From contig JBNJDM010000002.1 of assembly GCA_051744925.1 (NCBI GenBank), positions 645-64,644 of the forward strand: a stretch of 64,000 bases of DNA, given 5' to 3'. The translations under genes were made by a program, and so were the position numbers. The first letter of the stretch is position 1. Each line of letters starts with the position of its first letter. This document shows positions 40,127 through 49,544 of this stretch, in pieces. Source of the DNA: Thermodesulfobacteriota bacterium (lineage in GTDB: Bacteria; Desulfobacterota; Desulfobacteria; Desulfobacterales; JACKCP01). Below the pieces are notes generated by a model, which saw only the letters and a list, made by a program, of their open reading frames with translations, was not told the origin of the DNA and searched no databases.

Positions 40127-41174
40127 GCGGGGACGGCATAAAAATTTTATTATAAAGATTTATTGCATATCTGTCTGTCATTGAAGCAATAAGATCACAA
40201 ACAATTCTTTCAACATTATCCTCGCCGGATGAATAATCGGGCATTTCGAGCTTTGAAAGCTCTATCCTCAGCTCATCTTCATTTTTTATAAAATATTCAT
40301 ACAACTCTGACAAAATCTTTTTTGCCTTAACAAATTCCCTGTGTACCTCGGGAGACCTGTATACATTTTCATATAAAAAAGCTCTCAGATCGACCATTGT
40401 GCTGTAAACAGACTTTCCGATTTCAAGACAAAAACCGCTTCCCGAGTCATAGCTTGAATAAATAACATCTTTTATCATAGTTCTTGAACGCTCAGAATGT
40501 GAATCTCCAAGCACCTTATTGAATTCTGAAGGGATATTTTTCTTTGTAATAACACCGCTTCTTACTGCATCATCAAGGTCATGGTTTAAATATGCTATTA
40601 TATCTGCTATACGAACAACCCTTCCTTCCACAGTTTTTGCAGCTTCACCCGGATCCCTTGGAATAATATCCCCAAAGCCTTTTGAATGTTTCAAAATACC
40701 GTCTCTGACCTCGTATGAAAGATTAAGACCGACACCACCGCGTTCCAGCCTGTCCACAACCCTTAAACTTTGAGCTGAATGGGAAAAATACCTTGAGTAT
40801 ATCTCTTTAAGCACAGTTTCACCTCCGTGCCCGAAAGGAGTATGGCCAAGGTCATGGCCAAGAGCTATAGCCTCTGTTAAATCTTCATTAAGATTAAGAG
40901 CCCTTGAAATAGTTCTTGCAACTTCAGAAACCTCAAGCGTATGAGTCAACCTTGTTCTGTAATGATCTCCCAGAGGAGAAAGAAAAACCTGGGTTTTATG
41001 CTTAAGCCTTCTGAAGGAATTTGAAAAAACAATCCTGTCCCTGTCCTGCTGAAACTGAGTCCTTATAGGACAGGCATCCTCAGGCTTTAAACGGCCCCTG
41101 GACTGGTAAATTTTACAGGCATAATCAGCCAGAAACCTTTCTTCATTTTGTTCACCGAATTTTCTTGGTGTCAT
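40119..41174 (-). CDS. dGTPase-like HD-domain triphosphohydrolase (Dgt family, short form)
   Basis: 351 aa. RTRLTHTLEVSEVARTI, GHDLGHTPFGHGGE and DRIADIIAYLNHDLDD-type motifs. Confidence 0.85.
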   Translation of the reverse strand: MTPRKFGEQNEERFLADYACKIYQSRGRLKPEDACPIRTQFQQDRDRIVFSNSFRRLKHKTQVFLSPLGDHYRTRLTHTLEVSEVARTISRALNLNEDLTEAIALGHDLGHTPFGHGGETVLKEIYSRYFSHSAQSLRVVDRLERGGVGLNLSYEVRDGILKHSKGFGDIIPRDPGEAAKTVEGRVVRIADIIAYLNHDLDDAVRSGVITKKNIPSEFNKVLGDSHSERSRTMIKDVIYSSYDSGSGFCLEIGKSVYSTMVDLRAFLYENVYRSPEVHREFVKAKKILSELYEYFIKNEDELRIELSKLEMPDYSSGEDNVERIVCDLIASMTDRYAINLYNKIFMPSPLV

Positions 41175-41317
41175 AATATTTTACCACTGATAATTGACAT
41201 TTTTTTATTTACCAATAACAATTATATAATATACCTGAATCAAAAAAGCCCAATTCAGGATATAAATTAAAAAAATTAATATTTTCACAGCCGGATAACA
41301 TTGTAAAGGTAAAATAA

Positions 41318-41884
41318 ATGAACTCTCACCACCTTATACTTGGCACAATGAAAGACTTTTTAACAGGTTCAGATATAGAGGACAATCATGATGAAAGGTA
41401 CAGACAAAAAATTGCCAGAATTCTTATCAATGAAAAAGGCTACAAAAAAAGTGAAATAAAGAAAAACCTTACAATAGAACTTCCTGATAAAGACAAAAAA
41501 TTTTACATATCTGTTGATTATACCATATATATTGACAAGAAACCTTTAATGATAGTCAAATACGGACCCGGCTCTATAATTACCAGGGAAAAACCTGCTA
41601 TTGCATGTGCAAGACTTATAAACGAATTTGAAGTCCCCTTATGTGTTGTTACAAACGGAGAAGATGCAGAAACAATCGAGACTGCAACCGGAAAGATTCT
41701 TTCACAAGGACTTGATTTAATCCCTTCAAAACATGAACTTGCCGGGATTGAACCTTCAGAAAAAATATCACCTGAAAAAGCCTCAAAAGCAAAAATGATT
41801 CTTTTTGCCTTTGAAGTAAACGACAGATGTCCTTGCGACGATTCAATATGCAAACCTGAGCGAGATACGCCGGAAAAATTTTAG
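41318..41884 (+). CDS. HsdR_N-like small protein, paralog B
   Basis: 188 aa. Colinear with the 20017-20526 product; extra Cys-containing C-terminal tail NDRCPCDDSIC. Confidence 0.5.
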   Translation: MNSHHLILGTMKDFLTGSDIEDNHDERYRQKIARILINEKGYKKSEIKKNLTIELPDKDKKFYISVDYTIYIDKKPLMIVKYGPGSIITREKPAIACARLINEFEVPLCVVTNGEDAETIETATGKILSQGLDLIPSKHELAGIEPSEKISPEKASKAKMILFAFEVNDRCPCDDSICKPERDTPEKF

Positions 41885-41914
41885 AACAAATTCAGAATTG
41901 AGCGGAAAAAAGAT

Positions 41915-42412
41915 ATGGACGAAAAATTTATGAAAGAAGCACTCCTGCAGGCAGAAAAAGCTTTAAATGAAAATGAATTTCCTGTGGGCTGTGTAATAAC
42001 AATTGAAAATAAAATTATTGCCAGGGGAAGAAGGGAAAAGACAAAAGGAGACCACCCCGGAGAAACTGAGCATGCAGAAATAAATACAATTAAAAAACTG
42101 CATGATACTTTTCCTGAACTTCCAAAAGAAAAAATGACTGTTTATTCAACAATGGAACCCTGCCTTATGTGTTTTTCAGCAATAATGCTTTCAGGATTTG
42201 AAAAAGTAGTGTATGCGTATGAAGACGTAATGGGCGGGGGATGTAAAATAGACAAAAAAAATTTACCGGAATTTTATAAAAAAAGATTTCCTAAAATAAA
42301 ACAAGGTGTTATGAGAGATAAAAGCCTCGAACTTTTTAAAAGTTTTTTTTCATCACCAAAAAACAAATACTGGAAAGACAGCCCGCTTTATAAATATACA
42401 CTGAATTTATGA
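41915..42412 (+). CDS. CMP/dCMP-type zinc deaminase family protein (TadA / nucleoside deaminase-like)
   Basis: 165 aa. HAEINTI and PCLMCFSAI zinc-binding motifs. Confidence 0.8.
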   Translation: MDEKFMKEALLQAEKALNENEFPVGCVITIENKIIARGRREKTKGDHPGETEHAEINTIKKLHDTFPELPKEKMTVYSTMEPCLMCFSAIMLSGFEKVVYAYEDVMGGGCKIDKKNLPEFYKKRFPKIKQGVMRDKSLELFKSFFSSPKNKYWKDSPLYKYTLNL

Positions 42413-42508
42413 AAAAACACTTGAAATAAGAATAATAATAAGCTAAAAATATCCTCTATTTAAGAAAATAGTGGTTTTCAAACATAATTAAAAAGAAGGA
42501 GAAAAGAA

Positions 42509-43036
42509 ATAGCTGTTAAAAAGACTGAACAAACAAGGATTAATGATCAGATTCAAGAAAATGAAGTCAGAGTAATCGACTCAGAAGGCAATCAGCTTGG
42601 AGTTCTGAAAATAAAAGATGCTTTAAACACTGCAGAGGAAGCAGGCCTTGACCTTGTTGAAGTTTCGCCTGGAGCAAATCCCCCTGTATGCAGAATAATG
42701 GACCACGGTCGCTATAAGTATCAGCAGACCAAGAAGAAGCAGGAGGCCAAGAAAAAACAGGCTGTTGTTCAGATTAAGGAGATCAAAGTAAGGCCAAAAA
42801 CTGAAGAACATGATCTCAATACCAAGCTGAAACAGATCAGAAAGTTTCTTTCCCAGAATAATAAGGTAAAAGTAACTGTACGTTTCCGGGGAAGAGAAAT
42901 TACTTTACCTGAAATGGCCAGGGACGTTCTGGCAAAAATAGCCGAGGAAACTGAAGATACAGCTGTTATTGAAACAAGGCCTAAATTTGAAGGCAGAACC
43001 ATGATTATGATTCTGGCTCCTAATAAAAAAGAATAG
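42509..43036 (+). CDS. infC: Translation initiation factor IF-3 with a non-AUG (ATA) start
   Basis: The track ORF (42698-) is only the C-terminal domain. The frame is open back to the TAA at 42485. Upstream translation IAVKKTEQTRINDQIQENEVRVIDSEGNQLGVLKIKDALNTAEEAGLDLVEVSPGANPPVCRIMD is the IF3 N-domain. GGAG at 42498-42501 lies 7 nt before ATA 42509. Confidence 0.85.
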   Translation: MAVKKTEQTRINDQIQENEVRVIDSEGNQLGVLKIKDALNTAEEAGLDLVEVSPGANPPVCRIMDHGRYKYQQTKKKQEAKKKQAVVQIKEIKVRPKTEEHDLNTKLKQIRKFLSQNNKVKVTVRFRGREITLPEMARDVLAKIAEETEDTAVIETRPKFEGRTMIMILAPNKKE

Positions 43037-43070
43037 TTATTTTTTTACAGTTGTAATCAAACAAAATTAA

Positions 43071-43110
43071 GCGTGAAAATCACAAGCCAATTTTCACGCT
43101 GTATTTTTTT
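43071..43110 (+). terminator. Hairpin plus T7 tract in the infC-rpmI spacer (terminator or L20-responsive attenuator candidate)
   Basis: GCGTGAAAAT (43071-43080), 9-nt loop, ATTTTCACGC (43090-43099), TGTA, then TTTTTTT (43104-43110). Confidence 0.65.
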
Positions 43111-43255
43111 GTTTAAAATATTAAATTAAGATATCCGGCATAGTATTTTTATCTTTAAAAGCTTTATGCTTAAACTCAAAAATCTATCGGCAATTTTAAT
43201 TTTACATTTAAATCAAAGATTTTATACAGAAGTTTCAGTGCAAGGAGATATTTAA

Positions 43256-43453
43256 ATGCCTAAAATGAAAACAAACCGCGGAGCGGCAAAAAGATTCAGC
43301 AGAACCGGCAGCGGGAAATTCAGAATACGCAGAGCTAATTCGAGCCACATTCTAACAAAAAAAGCTACTAAGCGTAAAAGAAAACTCCGCAGATCAAATA
43401 TTGCGGATAAATCAAATGAAAAACAGTTAAGACAACTTCTTCCTTACAGATAA
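43256..43453 (+). CDS. rpmI: 50S ribosomal protein L35
   Basis: 65 aa, [14 protein letters not shown]. Confidence 0.96.
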   Translation: MPKMKTNRGAAKRFSRTGSGKFRIRRANSSHILTKKATKRKRKLRRSNIADKSNEKQLRQLLPYR

Positions 43454-43481
43454 TGTCAGCTGAGTAAAAGGAGAATTTAAA

Positions 43482-43832
43482 ATGAGGATTAAAAGAGGTT
43501 TTAAAGCAAGAAGAAGAAGACAAAAAGTCTTTAAACTTGCAAAAGGCTTCAGAGGCGGCAGGAACAACCTTTATCGTACAGCTAAAAACGCTGTGGACAA
43601 GGCCCTGACCTATGCATACAGAGACAGACGTCAGAACAAAAGAAACTTCAGACGTTTATGGACTGTAAGAATTAATGCTGCGGCAAGAATAAACGGGCTG
43701 AATTACAGCAAGCTTATTCACGGACTGAAAAAATCAGAGATCGAACTGGACAGAAAAATACTTGCAGACCTTGCAATTTATGATCCTTCAGCTTTTTCAG
43801 CAGTTGCGCAGAAAGCACAGAGCAATCTCTAG
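43482..43832 (+). CDS. rplT: 50S ribosomal protein L20
   Basis: 116 aa, [25 protein letters not shown]. Confidence 0.96.
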   Translation: MRIKRGFKARRRRQKVFKLAKGFRGGRNNLYRTAKNAVDKALTYAYRDRRQNKRNFRRLWTVRINAAARINGLNYSKLIHGLKKSEIELDRKILADLAIYDPSAFSAVAQKAQSNL

Positions 43833-43843
43833 AGTCAAAGATT

Positions 43844-43867
43844 ATCCCGGCCTGAGCCGGGATTTTT
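43844..43867 (+). terminator. Short hairpin with T4 between rplT and pheS (weak terminator / stoichiometry-setting attenuator)
   Basis: ATCCCGGC-CTGA-GCCGGGAT followed by TTTTAC, 22 nt before the pheS GTG. Confidence 0.45.
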
Positions 43868-43888
43868 ACAAAACTGAGGCGGATAAAA

Positions 43889-44899
43889 GTGGAACCTGAA
43901 AGTATAGACGGAATAGAACAACAAGCCCTGGAAGCTGTTAAAGCGGCCAATTCTGAAGAAGAGCTCCAGGAAATCAGAACACAGTATTTAGGCCGCAAAG
44001 GACAAATCACACTTTTCTTAAGAAATATCCCTTCTCTGCCTGCTGAAGAAAGACCATCTGCAGGTAAAAAAGCAAACATTGCAAAAACAAAACTTGAAAA
44101 AGAGCTTAATAGTAAAATTGAAGCCATTGAAGCTTCAAAAGCTTCTGCGCCTGCTGATATTGATGTAACTCTGCCGGGAAGAAAACCTTATACAGGAACA
44201 CTTCACCCTATTACAAAAATACAACAGGAAATCTGTTCTGTTTTCTTCAAACTCGGATTTAATATAGCTGAAGGACCAGAAATCGAAGCGGACTGGTACA
44301 ACTTTGAAGCTCTTAATATACCAAAGCATCACCCTGCAAGAGATATGCAGGATACCTTTTATATATCGGACAATGTGGTACTGAGAACCCATACCTCACC
44401 GATACAGATAAGATACATGGAAACAACACAGCCGCCTATAAGCATTATTGCACCGGGCAAAGTTTACAGATGCGACTCAGATCTTACGCATACACCCATG
44501 TTCCATCAGATAGAAGGACTTCTTGTAGACAAAAACATCAGCTTCGGAGATCTGAAAGGTGTTCTTGAATCCTTTATACACAATCTTTTTGATAAGGATA
44601 CAAGCCTTAGATTCAGACCGAGTTTTTTCCCCTTCACAGAACCAAGCGCTGAAGTAGATATTAAGTGCGTAATGTGCAGAGGAAAAGGCTGCCGCATATG
44701 TTCCGGCACGGGATGGCTTGAAGTGCTGGGCTCGGGCATGGTTCATCCTGCAGTTTTTGAAAATGTGGGATACGATACTGACAAATATTCCGGGTTTGCA
44801 TTCGGAATGGGAGTTGAAAGGCTTGCAATGCTGAAATACGGAATTGACGACTTAAGAAAATTTTTTGAAAATGATTACCGCTTTCTGGAGCAGTTCTAG
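43889..44899 (+). CDS. pheS: Phenylalanine--tRNA ligase alpha subunit
   Basis: 336 aa with a GTG start. [23 protein letters not shown] and GMGVERLAM class II motifs. Confidence 0.95.
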   Translation: MEPESIDGIEQQALEAVKAANSEEELQEIRTQYLGRKGQITLFLRNIPSLPAEERPSAGKKANIAKTKLEKELNSKIEAIEASKASAPADIDVTLPGRKPYTGTLHPITKIQQEICSVFFKLGFNIAEGPEIEADWYNFEALNIPKHHPARDMQDTFYISDNVVLRTHTSPIQIRYMETTQPPISIIAPGKVYRCDSDLTHTPMFHQIEGLLVDKNISFGDLKGVLESFIHNLFDKDTSLRFRPSFFPFTEPSAEVDIKCVMCRGKGCRICSGTGWLEVLGSGMVHPAVFENVGYDTDKYSGFAFGMGVERLAMLKYGIDDLRKFFENDYRFLEQF

Positions 44900-44901
44900 A
44901 A

Positions 44902-47319
44902 ATGAAAATAAGCTTAAACTGGTTAAAAAAATACGTGGATTTCAAATCCTCACCTGAAGAACTTGCTGAATCACTTACAATGGCAGGACTTGAGGTTGAG
45001 TCGATAGAATATCCTTTTGAATATTTAAAAGATGTAATCACAGGAAAAATCGAAAAGATTACACCCCACCCTGATGCAGACAAATTAAGAATCTGTATGG
45101 TTAATACAGGCGGTGATGAAAATCTTCAGATTGTCTGCGGTGCCCCCAATGTTTATGAAGGAATGACAGGTCCTGTAGCTCTTCCGGGTACAGAACTTCC
45201 CGGAGGTCTTAAATTAAAAAAGAGTAAAATTCGCGGCATGGCTTCTTTTGGAATGCTTTGCAGCGCTAAAGAGCTCGACCTTACAGATGATTCCTCAGGA
45301 ATAATGGATCTTGATAAAGAGATTAAACCGGGAACACCTCTTTTAGATGCTCTGGGACTTACAGATGCAGTTCTTGAAGTCGACCTTACTCCAAACAGGG
45401 CAGACTGCCTCAGTATGATTGGAGTAGCAAGAGAGGTTGCTGCAATAGAAAACTCAAATGCAAAATTACCTGATGCTGAAAAATACTCAGATAAAAAAAA
45501 CAAAGGCAAAATAACAGATATTGCAGCTGTTGAAGTAAAAGACACAGATCTCTGCCCGAAATACTGCGCAAGGCTTATTGAAAATGTTCAGATAAAACCT
45601 TCACCATGGTATATTCAGCAAAGACTTTTAAGTGCAGGTTTAAGACCTCTCAACAATATAGTTGATATAACTAATTATATAATGCTTGAAACCGGACAGC
45701 CTCTTCACGCTTTCGATTTTAATGAGCTTGGCGGCTCTAAAATTGTAGTTCAAAGAGCTGGTGAAAATGAAAAATTTGTTACCCTGGACGGTAAAGAACG
45801 AACTCTTGATTCTGAAATGCTCATGATCTGTGATGCACAAAGAAAAGTTGCAGTTGCAGGAGTTATGGGCGGAGAAAACTCTGAGGTAACACAAAAAACC
45901 ACATCTGTTCTTCTTGAAAGCGCATATTTTTACCCGCCTTCTGTAAGAAGAACAGCAAAAAAGATCGGACTTTCAACAGACGCAAGCCACAGATTCGAAA
46001 GAGGAATCGATACAGGTTCTGTAGAATATGCAATGAACCGGGCTGCAGAACTCATAGAAGAAGTCTCTGAAGGCAAAACCATTGAAGGCTATCTTGATTC
46101 ACAAACAGAAGAATTCAAAAAAACTGTAATTACTTTTGATACAGATGCCTGCAATAAAAGACTCGGGATAGAACTTTCCCCGGAAGAGTCGGCATCATAT
46201 CTTGAATCTGTGGGATTTAAAGTAGCAGACAAAACAGCAAATAAAACAGAAGTAAAGGTTCCCTCATACAGAGTTGATGTGGAAAGACCTGAAGACCTGA
46301 GTGAAGAGATTGCAAGAAGATTCGGATACAACAAAATCAAAACCACTTTTCCCGGGTCTGTTTCAGCAGAAGCTGAAAATGTTCCTGAGTTTGACCTTCG
46401 CCTGGAAATAAAAGATGCGTTGCAGTCACTTGGGTTCAACGAAGTTATAAACTACAGCTTCACAGGCCCTTCTCTTCTTGAAAAAACTCTTTTTGAAAGC
46501 AGTATAAAAGAAAATTCTGTTAAAATATTAAATCCTCTTTCCGAAGATCAGTCTTTAATGAGAACAGATCTTGTTCCGGAAATTCTTGGAAATATTGCAG
46601 ACAATATTGCAAAACAGACTTTTAGTCTCAAACTTTTTGAAGTAGGACAGGTTTTTTTTCCGGATGCCGACAAAATAAACCTTTCTTCACAAAAAGAGAT
46701 TATAAGTGCTGCCTGGACAGGAAGCAGAAGAAAATCTTCATGGGATGAAAAAAGCCCTGATACAGATTTTTTCGATATAAAAGGTGTGGCAGAAGCTTTT
46801 TTCGAAAAATTCAATATTACACCGGAATTTGTCAAATCTGAAACAGCTCCCTGCTATTCAAGACCAGGTGCTTCAGCAGATATTTTGATAAATAATAAAA
46901 AAGCAGGATTTATCTGTGAAATTCATCACACAGTAATAAAAAACCTTGATATAAATCAACCAGTATTTGTTTTTCAGACATATTTAAATGACATACTGAA
47001 AAACAAACAACTATCTTTTTTATCCGGAGAAATACCAAAATTTCCAGCTGTATCAAGAGATATCACAATAATAACACCGACTGAAACAGCCACCGGAGAT
47101 ATTATAAATTTTTTCAGCAGTCAGGATGAAAATCTTCTTGAATCTGTTGAACTTTTTGATGTTTACCAGGGCAAACCTATTGCTGAAAATGAAAAAAGTC
47201 TCTCATTCAGACTTACATACAGATCAAATACTGACACCCTGAAGGACAAACAGATTAACAAAGTTCATGAAAAACTGACATCAAAACTATTGAAAAATTT
47301 CAATATTCGTTTTCCATAA
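44902..47319 (+). CDS. pheT: Phenylalanine--tRNA ligase beta subunit
   Basis: 805 aa. MKISLNWLKKYVD start, tRNA-binding, B3/4, B5 and FDX-ACB domain order. Confidence 0.95.
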   Translation: MKISLNWLKKYVDFKSSPEELAESLTMAGLEVESIEYPFEYLKDVITGKIEKITPHPDADKLRICMVNTGGDENLQIVCGAPNVYEGMTGPVALPGTELPGGLKLKKSKIRGMASFGMLCSAKELDLTDDSSGIMDLDKEIKPGTPLLDALGLTDAVLEVDLTPNRADCLSMIGVAREVAAIENSNAKLPDAEKYSDKKNKGKITDIAAVEVKDTDLCPKYCARLIENVQIKPSPWYIQQRLLSAGLRPLNNIVDITNYIMLETGQPLHAFDFNELGGSKIVVQRAGENEKFVTLDGKERTLDSEMLMICDAQRKVAVAGVMGGENSEVTQKTTSVLLESAYFYPPSVRRTAKKIGLSTDASHRFERGIDTGSVEYAMNRAAELIEEVSEGKTIEGYLDSQTEEFKKTVITFDTDACNKRLGIELSPEESASYLESVGFKVADKTANKTEVKVPSYRVDVERPEDLSEEIARRFGYNKIKTTFPGSVSAEAENVPEFDLRLEIKDALQSLGFNEVINYSFTGPSLLEKTLFESSIKENSVKILNPLSEDQSLMRTDLVPEILGNIADNIAKQTFSLKLFEVGQVFFPDADKINLSSQKEIISAAWTGSRRKSSWDEKSPDTDFFDIKGVAEAFFEKFNITPEFVKSETAPCYSRPGASADILINNKKAGFICEIHHTVIKNLDINQPVFVFQTYLNDILKNKQLSFLSGEIPKFPAVSRDITIITPTETATGDIINFFSSQDENLLESVELFDVYQGKPIAENEKSLSFRLTYRSNTDTLKDKQINKVHEKLTSKLLKNFNIRFP

Positions 47320-47403
47320 CAAGAATATTTTCTTGACTTCAGGCGTCAAAAAGCATATAAAACCTGTTTGATTGTAACAGTCTTAAATGACGCCTCCTTT
47401 GAT

Positions 47404-47436
47404 AAAACGGGTCATAAAACCCGTTTTATTTTTTTA
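47404..47436 (+). terminator. Rho-independent terminator after pheT
   Basis: AAAACGGGT (47404-47412), 6-nt loop, ACCCGTTTT (47419-47427), then ATTTTTTT. Confidence 0.75.
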
Positions 47437-47460
47437 TAAAGGCCTTTATCCGGAGATAAG

Positions 47461-47952
47461 ATGGGAATGAACTCATCAAATGATAATAACAAATTACTTA
47501 TAGAAAAAATATGTGAAATTTCTCAGTCCTTGTGCGAAGCAGAAGGTTTTGAGTTTGTCCACGCTGAATTTGCAGTTCAGGGAGGTCATAAAATTTTACG
47601 TATATATATTGATAAGGAAGGCGGGGTCAATATTAGTGACTGTGCCGACATAAGCAGAGAACTTAGTGATCTTCTGGATGTAAAAATTGATATTCCCGGC
47701 AAATATAATCTTGAGGTATCTTCACCAGGATTAAACAGACCGCTTGTAAAGCCTGATCATTTTGCAAAATTCAGAGGAGAAAAAGCACATATAAAAACTG
47801 TCGGGCCTCTTGAACCGGAATCAGACAGAAAAAAATTTAAAGGGGTTATCAGGAGCTCGGACAATGAATCGGTTGTGATTGAAATTGATCAGGGGGAAGT
47901 AACAATTCCGTTTGAAAAAATTCAGTCTGCAAGATTAAACCCTGATACCTGA
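47461..47952 (+). CDS. rimP: Ribosome maturation factor RimP
   Basis: 163 aa. LRIYIDKEGGV and LEVSSPGLNRPL motifs; precedes nusA. Confidence 0.9.
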   Translation: MGMNSSNDNNKLLIEKICEISQSLCEAEGFEFVHAEFAVQGGHKILRIYIDKEGGVNISDCADISRELSDLLDVKIDIPGKYNLEVSSPGLNRPLVKPDHFAKFRGEKAHIKTVGPLEPESDRKKFKGVIRSSDNESVVIEIDQGEVTIPFEKIQSARLNPDT

Positions 47953-47964
47953 ATGGAGTAAATT

Positions 47965-49308
47965 ATGGTCCTGAGTGATATAAAAAGAGTAATCGAACAA
48001 ATCGGAAGAGACAAGAATATTCCGATGAGTATTCTTGTAAAAACCCTTGAAGAGGCTCTTGTCTCAGCTGCCAAAAAAAAACTCGGCCCCGACGTTGAGA
48101 TAGAAGTCTCATATAATGAAAAAACAGGGGATATAGAAGTTTTCCAGTTTAAAGACGTTGTTGAGGAAGTAGAAGATCCTGAGCTTGAAATTCTTTTTGA
48201 AGAAGGAAGAGAACTTGATCCTGAGTGCGAATTAGGAGACAGCCTCGGAATAAAACTTGATACATCAAGTTTTGGAAGAATTGCTGCCCAGTCTGCCAAG
48301 CAGGTTATCATTCAAAAACTCAGAGATGCCGAAAGAAATGCAATTTATGATAACTTCATAGATCGCGAAGGTGAAATAATAAACGGCATTGTCCAAAGAT
48401 TCGACAGAAATGATATAATAGTCAATCTTGGACAGGCTGAAGCATCACTTTCATCAAGGGAACAGATAGCAAACGAATCATACAGAAGAGGCGACAGAAT
48501 CAGAGCCAATATAATGAAGGTTCTGCCTGAAAGCAGAGGACCTCAGATTCTTCTTACAAGAACGCATCCTGATTTTCTTATAAATCTTTTTAAAACAGAA
48601 GTTCCCGAAATCAGCGAAGGTGTTGTAAAGCTTCACTCAGCTGCAAGAGAACCAGGAATCCGTGCAAAAATAGCTGTTTCCTCTGCGGAATCGAATGTTG
48701 ACCCTGTAGGTTCATGCGTTGGTGTTAAAGGCAACAGAGTTCAGACAGTAGTTCAGGAGCTCAAAGGCGAAAAAATTGATATTGTTTTATGGAATCCTGA
48801 TCCTGCTAAATTTGTTTGTAATGCACTTGCACCTGCAGAAATAGCAAGGGTTATAATAGATGAAGACAATAAGTCCATGGAAGTTATAGTTCCTGATGAA
48901 TTTTTATCTATAGCAATAGGAAAAAGCGGACAAAACGTAAGGCTTGCTGCAAGACTTACAGGATGGCATCTTGATGTAAAAAGCGAAGCTGCTTATTCAC
49001 TTGCAATGAAAAACGGATACGACTCACTGATGGAGCTTCCGGGAATAGGCCTTGAAACTGCTGAGAAATTATATTCAGGAGGTTACAGTTCTCCTGAAGA
49101 TCTTTTTGAAATTACACCCGAAGAATTATCTCAGCTGGCAAAAGTAAGCCCGGAAGATGCTGAAAATATAATTAAAGCAGCTAAAAACGAACTTGAAAAA
49201 ACGTCCCGGGAAGAATCAGAAGATGATGAAACTGCAGAATATGATGATCAGGTATCAGATGAAGAAAATACACCTGATGAAACCGATGATTTTGAAGAAG
49301 ATAAATAA
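47965..49308 (+). CDS. nusA: Transcription termination/antitermination factor NusA
   Basis: 447 aa. S1 plus two KH domains (CVGVKGNRVQ, AIGKSGQNVRLA) and an acidic C-terminal tail. Confidence 0.95.
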   Translation: MVLSDIKRVIEQIGRDKNIPMSILVKTLEEALVSAAKKKLGPDVEIEVSYNEKTGDIEVFQFKDVVEEVEDPELEILFEEGRELDPECELGDSLGIKLDTSSFGRIAAQSAKQVIIQKLRDAERNAIYDNFIDREGEIINGIVQRFDRNDIIVNLGQAEASLSSREQIANESYRRGDRIRANIMKVLPESRGPQILLTRTHPDFLINLFKTEVPEISEGVVKLHSAAREPGIRAKIAVSSAESNVDPVGSCVGVKGNRVQTVVQELKGEKIDIVLWNPDPAKFVCNALAPAEIARVIIDEDNKSMEVIVPDEFLSIAIGKSGQNVRLAARLTGWHLDVKSEAAYSLAMKNGYDSLMELPGIGLETAEKLYSGGYSSPEDLFEITPEELSQLAKVSPEDAENIIKAAKNELEKTSREESEDDETAEYDDQVSDEENTPDETDDFEEDK

Positions 49309-49544
49309 TTAGCCGGCTTTATTAACCGGAAAGAATATTTGACATTAAACAGCAATTTTTTTTAGTTAGAAACTATAATTTTTTCAGGTAACATAATAAA
49401 TAAATTTTAAAGAGTTCTTTTGAAAGTTTTTAAGAGATTTAATACAGGCTGCATAAACCAAGATTTAATATCTGATATTTTAAACAGCTTTAAGCAAATA
49501 AATTTTTCCGAAGAATCAATACCTGGGGCGATAAAGGGGGATGG

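Noticed and set aside
40119-42412. A dGTPase-like HD hydrolase, a PD-(D/E)xK-like small protein and a CDA-fold deaminase lie within 2.3 kb, reminiscent of anti-phage dNTP-depletion defence genes (dGTPase, dCTP deaminase).
   Set aside because: The HD protein is the short, widely conserved Dgt-like housekeeping form and is translationally coupled to a YkgJ gene. The deaminase is TadA-sized with only the core HAE/PCxxC motifs. The genes are on different strands and in different transcription units, and no mobile-element or defence-island context (integrase, RM, toxin genes) is visible. Kept only as a remote possibility.
43833-43888. Searched for a pheM-like Phe-rich leader peptide / attenuator upstream of pheS.
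   Set aside because: The spacer is only 56 nt. It contains a single short hairpin and no ORF, so no leader-peptide attenuation is supported.
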